A stretch of 64,000 nt of DNA from a virus (lineage: Duplodnaviria > Caudoviricetes), in the IMG/VR virus record IMGVR_UViG_3300044991_001466, one strand, 5' to 3'. The notes beneath the pieces were generated by a model. That model did not search any database and was not told the DNA's origin. It saw nothing but the letters and a program-made list of their open reading frames with translations. This document shows, piece after piece, positions 58,609-64,000 of the stretch; position 1 is the first letter of the stretch; each line of letters starts with the position of its first letter. Made by a program: the position numbers and the translations under genes.

Positions 58609-58694
58609 TCAATTTTATAGGTGCAGTTATATTAAAAAATAGAATTTTTCATAAAACTACACTATTTATAAGATAATAAAAACAAAATTTCAAA

Positions 58695-59915
58695 ATGACT
58701 GAGAAATCAATTTTAGAACAAGCGTTACTTCAAGTGCAAAATCTTGAAGAAGCTGTTAAGCAAAATGCAAAAGGTATACTTGCTTCAACCATGAAACAAG
58801 AACTAAGCGACTTGCTTAAAGAATCATTAGAAGAAGAGGAAAAGATGGATCCAATGGACGAACAACCTGAGGACGAACCTAAACCTGATGAAGAGGACGA
58901 CGATATGTCAGACGATGACGCAACTGCAGATGATGCAGAAGCTGATGACGCTGAAAATGATACTGACCTCGATAACGAACCAAGTAAAGGAATCGATGAT
59001 TTAGATTCTGACGCAATGGGTGACGATTCATCAATTGATGAGCCTGAACTTGAATTACCTGCGGCAGGAGAAGGTATCGATGACGAAGATGTTATGGACA
59101 TGACAGGTGCTTCAGATGATGAGGTACTTAAAGTTTTCAAAGCTATGAAACCAGAAGATGGTATTGTAGTTAAGAAAGATGGTAATAACGTTGAATTTGG
59201 TGACGGAGAAAACGAATACATTATCAAACTTGATGGTGATGGTGACGATTCAATGGGTGCTGTACCGGAAATGGAACCAGAAATGGAACCAGAAATGGAA
59301 CCAGAAATGGAACCAGAAATGGGAGCAGAATCTGATATGGATGAAGAACCAATTTACGAAATCGAGTTTTCTGAGGAAGATGAAACTTCTGAAGAAGGTG
59401 ATGTAAAAGAAGTTGAAGCTACTGAAGCGGCAAGAACTCAAGGAAACGATGTTAGAGGTGAAGGACCACGTCAAGGTAAAAAATACAAGGCGGGTCGTCA
59501 TGAAATGAATGAAAATGTTAAATCTTTAAATGAAGAGATTGAAACATTGAAAAAGCAAAACGGTGAATACAAGAAGGCTTTAGTTCTTTTCAAAGACAAA
59601 CTTAACGAAGTTGCCGTGTTTAATGCAAACTTAGCTTACGCTACACGTTTATTCACTGAACATTCTACAACAAAACAAGAGAAAATGAATATTCTTAAGA
59701 GATTTGATTCAGTTTCTTCATTAAATGAGTCTAAGGGCTTATATAATACAATTAAAACTGAACTTGGTGTAAAAACAACAGTTACCGAGTCAGTGGTTGA
59801 AAAAATCTCTAACACTCCATCATCATCTACATCAACTGAAGTATTGGCGGAAGCGAAAGCTTACGAAAATCCACAATTCAGAAGAATGAAAGATTTGATG
59901 GGAAAAATAAAATAA
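58695..59915 (+). CDS. Prohead scaffold protein (T4 gp22-like)
   Basis: Acidic, coiled-coil, lies between protease and MCP. Confidence 0.75.
   Translation: MTEKSILEQALLQVQNLEEAVKQNAKGILASTMKQELSDLLKESLEEEEKMDPMDEQPEDEPKPDEEDDDMSDDDATADDAEADDAENDTDLDNEPSKGIDDLDSDAMGDDSSIDEPELELPAAGEGIDDEDVMDMTGASDDEVLKVFKAMKPEDGIVVKKDGNNVEFGDGENEYIIKLDGDGDDSMGAVPEMEPEMEPEMEPEMEPEMGAESDMDEEPIYEIEFSEEDETSEEGDVKEVEATEAARTQGNDVRGEGPRQGKKYKAGRHEMNENVKSLNEEIETLKKQNGEYKKALVLFKDKLNEVAVFNANLAYATRLFTEHSTTKQEKMNILKRFDSVSSLNESKGLYNTIKTELGVKTTVTESVVEKISNTPSSSTSTEVLAEAKAYENPQFRRMKDLMGKIK
59265..59324 (+). repeat. Coding VNTR, 12 bp x5 (PEME)
   Basis: ccagaaatggaa tandem array. Confidence 0.95.
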
Positions 59916-59942
59916 TAAATTAAAAAACAAAATACTCAAAAC

Positions 59943-61694
59943 ATGGGAGCATTATTAGATTCAGGTATGGTAGGTAACATCGGGTTAAAACACCTTAGAG
60001 TTATCAAAGAAGATACCATCAAAAAATGGGATGACTTAGGATTCTTAGAAGGTCTTAACGGTCACCAAAAAGATAACATCGCACAATTATATGAAAACCA
60101 AGCGTCTTATTTAATCAACGAAGCTGCAATTGCAGATGCGTCTGGTTCTTTCGAGACTGTAGTTTTCCCTATCATTCGTCGTGTATTCTCAAAATTATTA
60201 GCTAACGACATCGTGTCTGTACAAGCTATGAACTTACCAATCGGTAAATTATTCTATTTCGTACCAAAAATTCAAGAAAGAAATGATACCGCACATTATA
60301 AACCATACGGTTATCCTGATGCTGCTTCAGCTCCTTCTGCAACTGCTGGTTATCCTGCAACTGCGAAACCTCTTTACGATCGTTTCTACGAAAACAGTGA
60401 TGCTGCAGACCAAGGTCTTTTTGATTACTCAAAGGGTTCTTTCACAGTAGCTTCTTTAACAGGTACATCTATTGTAACTTTCTCAAATGGTGTTGAAAGT
60501 TCTCCAGTAACTATCGCTACAGGAGCAACTCAAACATACGATTCAGTTATCTTAAAGTTAACAGGATTTTCTAAATTAGGTCAAGGTAAATTAGCTGGTC
60601 CAGACGGTAACGAAATGGATACAGAAGAGTTCTTAGCTTCATTAACAGTAACTGCACCTCGTTCACAATCGTTAAGTGGTTCAACTTACTTACCGTTCAA
60701 CGTTGTAACTCAAAAATATGGTAAAGGTATCGTATCTTACGGACAAAAGTCTTCAGGTACTAACGGTAACTTATTTAGAGACATTTGTGATGAAGATGGT
60801 ACAATTTACTTAAGTGTTGATTTACAATCATATTCAGCAACTTCTGGTTTTGCTGGAGCAATAATCACAGGTTCTACATTAGATGGTACTGACTTCACAG
60901 CCACTTACCGTCAATATGCAACTTTAGAGTTTGAAGATGAAATCGGTGAAGTATCTTTTGATTTAGAGTCAGTAACAGTTTCTGTGACTGAAAGAAAATT
61001 AAGAGCTAGCTGGTCTCCTGAATTGGCTCAAGACGTTAGTGCATTCCACAACATCGATGCTGAGGCAGAATTGACTGCATTGTTATCTGAGCAAATCGCT
61101 GCTGAGGTTGACCGTGAAATCTTACGTGACTTACGTAAAGGTGCTGCTTGGACCGCTAAATGGGATTACAATGGTTGGAAATACGGTGGAACTGGTGGAG
61201 CAACTCTACAAGGTTACACTCAAAAAGATTGGAACCAAACTTTGGTTACAAAAATCAACCAAATTTCAGCTCAAATCCATAAGACTACTTTAAGAGGTGG
61301 TGCTAACTGGGTTGTTGTTTCTTCTGAAGTTTCTGCAGTATTTGATGATTTGGAATATTTCCACGTATCAAACGCAGAACCTGAGCAAGATCAATACAAC
61401 ATGGGTATCGAGAAAATCGGTTCAGTAGCAGGTCGTTACCAAGTGTATCGTGACCCTTACTTCCCAGCTGGAAAAATCTTGATTGGTCATAAAGGAAAAT
61501 CATTATTGGACGCAGGATATGTATACGCACCATACGTGCCATTACAATTAACTCCAACAATGTACAATCCATTTACAATGACTCCTATCAAAGGAATCAT
61601 GACACGTTACGCAAAGAAAATGGTGAACAACCGTTACTTCGGTGTAATCAATGTAAGTGGTATCCAAACATTTGACATGGATAGTTTAAGATAA
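59943..61694 (+). CDS. gp23: Major capsid protein (T4 gp23-like)
   Basis: VSVQAMNLPIG, RKLRASWSPELAQD, EAELT.LLSE.I..EVDRE, YAPYVPL. Confidence 0.97.
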   Translation: MGALLDSGMVGNIGLKHLRVIKEDTIKKWDDLGFLEGLNGHQKDNIAQLYENQASYLINEAAIADASGSFETVVFPIIRRVFSKLLANDIVSVQAMNLPIGKLFYFVPKIQERNDTAHYKPYGYPDAASAPSATAGYPATAKPLYDRFYENSDAADQGLFDYSKGSFTVASLTGTSIVTFSNGVESSPVTIATGATQTYDSVILKLTGFSKLGQGKLAGPDGNEMDTEEFLASLTVTAPRSQSLSGSTYLPFNVVTQKYGKGIVSYGQKSSGTNGNLFRDICDEDGTIYLSVDLQSYSATSGFAGAIITGSTLDGTDFTATYRQYATLEFEDEIGEVSFDLESVTVSVTERKLRASWSPELAQDVSAFHNIDAEAELTALLSEQIAAEVDREILRDLRKGAAWTAKWDYNGWKYGGTGGATLQGYTQKDWNQTLVTKINQISAQIHKTTLRGGANWVVVSSEVSAVFDDLEYFHVSNAEPEQDQYNMGIEKIGSVAGRYQVYRDPYFPAGKILIGHKGKSLLDAGYVYAPYVPLQLTPTMYNPFTMTPIKGIMTRYAKKMVNNRYFGVINVSGIQTFDMDSLR

Positions 61695-61713
61695 TCTTAG
61701 GATTTATCATATT

Positions 61714-61750
61714 AAAAAACCCCCTCAGAAATGTGGGGGTTTTTTATTTT
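61714..61750 (+). terminator. Intrinsic terminator after MCP
   Basis: aaaaccccc/gggggtttttt. Confidence 0.8.
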
Positions 61751-61785
61751 TTGGTATATTCCAGAATATTACGTATATTTGCTTT

Positions 61786-62100
61786 ATGTCCGAAGTAGAT
61801 TACAATAAATTAAGATTAGACGTCTTAGAGAAATTAATCCAATCAAGAGGTATTGATTGTAAGTTGAATAAAACTGAAATGATTAGAACATTGAAGCTAG
61901 ACGATGAGGGGAAATATCAAACACCAATGGTTAATACCACATATGAAAAATCGGAAAGTGGTTTTAATGTGGGAATAGATATAAAAAATCATTCGGACTT
62001 AGTACAGATTGGTAAATTAGTGGAAAAAAAAGACGCAAAATCATTATATAGGTATTCAGATAATAGAGTGTGGTTTTGGTCAAAACAAAGATTAATATAA
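61786..62100 (+). CDS. Hypothetical protein
   Basis: ORF 104 aa; TATATTTG 4 nt upstream of ATG. Confidence 0.65.
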   Translation: MSEVDYNKLRLDVLEKLIQSRGIDCKLNKTEMIRTLKLDDEGKYQTPMVNTTYEKSESGFNVGIDIKNHSDLVQIGKLVEKKDAKSLYRYSDNRVWFWSKQRLI

Positions 62101-62540
62101 TGAATTGGGTAGAGTATTTTTTACAGATTGCTGAGGTGGTAAAACTCAAATCTAAGGACCAATCTACACAGATAGGTGCCGTCGTAGTCGGTGAGGGTAA
62201 TAACGTCCTTTCTACGGGTTATAATTCGTTTCCAAGGGGTTTGGACGATTCATTAGAAGAACGTCAAGAGAGACCTGAGAAATACTTCTGGATGGAACAT
62301 GCAGAACGTAACGCAATATACAATGCCGCATTAGAAGGGGTGTCCCTTAAAAACTCAACAATTTATTTAACATCGGGACTACCTTGTATGGATTGTGCCA
62401 GAGGAATTGTTAATTCGGGTATAAAGACGGTGTATTGTAAAGAAGTCTGTACCACTAAAAATAAAGAAAAGTGGGATGAGTCCCAAAGTAAGGCTAAACA
62501 ACTTTTAAGTGAGTGTGGGGTTAATATTATTTATTATTGA
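62100..62540 (+). CDS. dCMP deaminase
   Basis: Start MNWVEYF at 62100; HAERNA, PCMDC. Confidence 0.9.
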   Translation: MNWVEYFLQIAEVVKLKSKDQSTQIGAVVVGEGNNVLSTGYNSFPRGLDDSLEERQERPEKYFWMEHAERNAIYNAALEGVSLKNSTIYLTSGLPCMDCARGIVNSGIKTVYCKEVCTTKNKEKWDESQSKAKQLLSECGVNIIYY

Positions 62541-63307
62541 GTATCAGGTATTTTAGTATCCTTTATAAATTTTATATGTGAATTTTTATATGATTTTAAT
62601 GATTCATCATTTACATCTTTAGTATATTGCCAATTCCAATACAAATCATCATTTATTTTAAAACCATAAAATTCATGAACTTTCTTTTGTAAATCATTAA
62701 CATTTACACCATTAAAGTTTTGTCCCGTACAAATAAATCCAGTTTCAATATCTTTAACTAAATTAGATTCACCTAACGCTGTGTGTCTATTTTCTATCCA
62801 AGTTAGACGTTCGATTAGATTTTGATAAAACATATTTGTTTGTCCCCATCTAACGGAACTGAGAAATATCACAGCGTCAGATTCAAACAACTCCTTACTT
62901 ATTTTCCAAAGTTCATCTTTGGGATTGTTAATACTAGCCCAACATCTGTGATGACCGGTCGGATTTTTGTCTTTATCCTTAAGTTTTGCTTTTAATAAAC
63001 CACAACTGTTACCGTCTTTCCTTGATACATTACCTTCACAAGGAACTATATTTAGTTCTGATACATCTATTAATGTTGATTTTTTACCTAATTCTTCATT
63101 AAGATACATTGCAATCATTTTTGATTTTGGTATATCAATATCATTCTTGTCCCAATTATGTCTATTAGAACAACTTAATAGTAAAACTTTTTTCTTATTT
63201 TCAAGAACACCCAACGTTTTCTTAATTGACTTCCAAGCATCAGATTGTACCATCTCCTCAGAAATCATCATTTGTCTAATCCTTTGTATATTCTCTTGTA
63301 AGTTCAT
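62534..63307 (-). CDS. Flavodoxin-fold (NADPH-dependent FMN reductase-like) protein with N-terminal virion-type extension
   Basis: LLLSCSNR, PCEG, SDAVIFLSSVRWG, LIERL; N-terminal MNLQENIQRIRQMMISEE. Confidence 0.7.
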   Translation of the reverse strand: MNLQENIQRIRQMMISEEMVQSDAWKSIKKTLGVLENKKKVLLLSCSNRHNWDKNDIDIPKSKMIAMYLNEELGKKSTLIDVSELNIVPCEGNVSRKDGNSCGLLKAKLKDKDKNPTGHHRCWASINNPKDELWKISKELFESDAVIFLSSVRWGQTNMFYQNLIERLTWIENRHTALGESNLVKDIETGFICTGQNFNGVNVNDLQKKVHEFYGFKINDDLYWNWQYTKDVNDESLKSYKNSHIKFIKDTKIPDTQ

Positions 63308-63316
63308 ATTAAATTT

Positions 63317-64000
63317 TTACCAGGTACGACAAGCCCAATAACGTGGTTTCCATCTTGGACCTGGATTATCACAATTCATACGTGCTCTAAACGATTTACG
63401 TCTTGCAGGATTATTCTTTTTAATTACCATTCTTTTACCTTTAGCGGATTTACCACCAAAACCAAAGTTTACTTTAACAACTTTACCTTGACCATTCTTA
63501 ACGTAAACTTTAAACTTTTTAATATCACCTTGCATAATTTTACCAAGTTGTACTTTACGACCTTGGTATTCAGCCTCGTTTAACAGATTGGTAGATTCTA
63601 AGTTTGTCTTTTCTATTGAACCAAACTCATCTTCATATATTAAAACTGGTGTTTCTTCATTAAATTCAAACAATCTTTCAAATTGTTCTTCACTAATTTG
63701 TATAATTAATTTTTTTTCCATTGACTCATCAAATTTTGTCATTGTAGGTTTATTACCCTTACCAACTTTAGGGTCTTTCTTTTCCGCTCGTCTTTTTTGA
63801 GACGTCATCGATTTTTTATCTTCCTTACTATAAGAGGACGCAACTTTTGGGGTTTCTTTAGATACTTTTTTAGATGGTCTACATTTTGGATAGGACTTTC
63901 CGTCGGCGTCTTTTCTACCACATGGTGGGTGTTTTCCGTCAACCTTTTTACTTACGTCAACCCACTTTTCTTTAAACCATCTTCTAAGGTCTTCTTGTAA
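63317..64000 (-). CDS. Multi-domain basic phage protein, 5'-truncated by the window edge
   Basis: Frame is open to 64000 (LQEDLRRWFKEKWVDV...CGR...YPKCRP, DUF5872-like); C-terminal RRKSFRARMNC...YWAC domain. Confidence 0.75.
   Translation of the reverse strand, partial: LQEDLRRWFKEKWVDVSKKVDGKHPPCGRKDADGKSYPKCRPSKKVSKETPKVASSYSKEDKKSMTSQKRRAEKKDPKVGKGNKPTMTKFDESMEKKLIIQISEEQFERLFEFNEETPVLIYEDEFGSIEKTNLESTNLLNEAEYQGRKVQLGKIMQGDIKKFKVYVKNGQGKVVKVNFGFGGKSAKGKRMVIKKNNPARRKSFRARMNCDNPGPRWKPRYWACRTW

Noticed and set aside
49169-59324. Tandem repeats as possible CRISPR arrays
   Set aside because: Contiguous in-frame coding repeats without unique spacers; no CRISPR array or cas gene seen in the window.
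52776-61694. Inteins, introns or stop-codon recoding in terminase, portal or capsid genes
   Set aside because: All are uninterrupted under code 11 with expected motifs; TAA, TAG and TGA all terminate genes in the window and no suppressor tRNA was seen.

Overview
A strongly AT-rich segment of a very large (huge/jumbo) T4-like tailed phage genome. The host is most likely in Bacteroidota: there are TAnnTTTG promoters, genes lack Shine-Dalgarno sites, and there is a phage bS21. From left to right the window holds: a 7-gene glycosyltransferase/methyltransferase cluster (2.4-9.2 kb); probable internal-head/ejected proteins (11.7-16.9 kb); a tmRNA; a ~950-nt ORF-free, highly structured ncRNA (GOLLD-like candidate, 19.9-20.8 kb); a second sugar-modification cassette (21.5-27.5 kb); a tRNA cluster with four canonical tRNAs, a 148-nt giant-variable-arm tRNA-Asp-like RNA and further structured spacers; an 11.3-kb cell-envelope module (CsgG-like, cohesin/dockerin-like, C-type lectin, beta-barrels, T9SS-CTD-like lipoproteins, FeoA, PspC) bracketed by a ~33-bp repeat; an RNA-repair trio; a ClpC-like ATPase; KTSC proteins; and the head morphogenesis core (terminase, portal, bS21, prohead protease, scaffold, major capsid). 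The most unusual observations are two unlinked pairs of intergenic elements whose predicted transcripts are mutually complementary (16.9 kb/45.2 kb and 30.8 kb/42.2 kb), one of which carries a 12-nt perfect complement of the Bacteroidota 16S 3' tail with no downstream start codon. All family calls come from motif recognition by eye; no database search was run.
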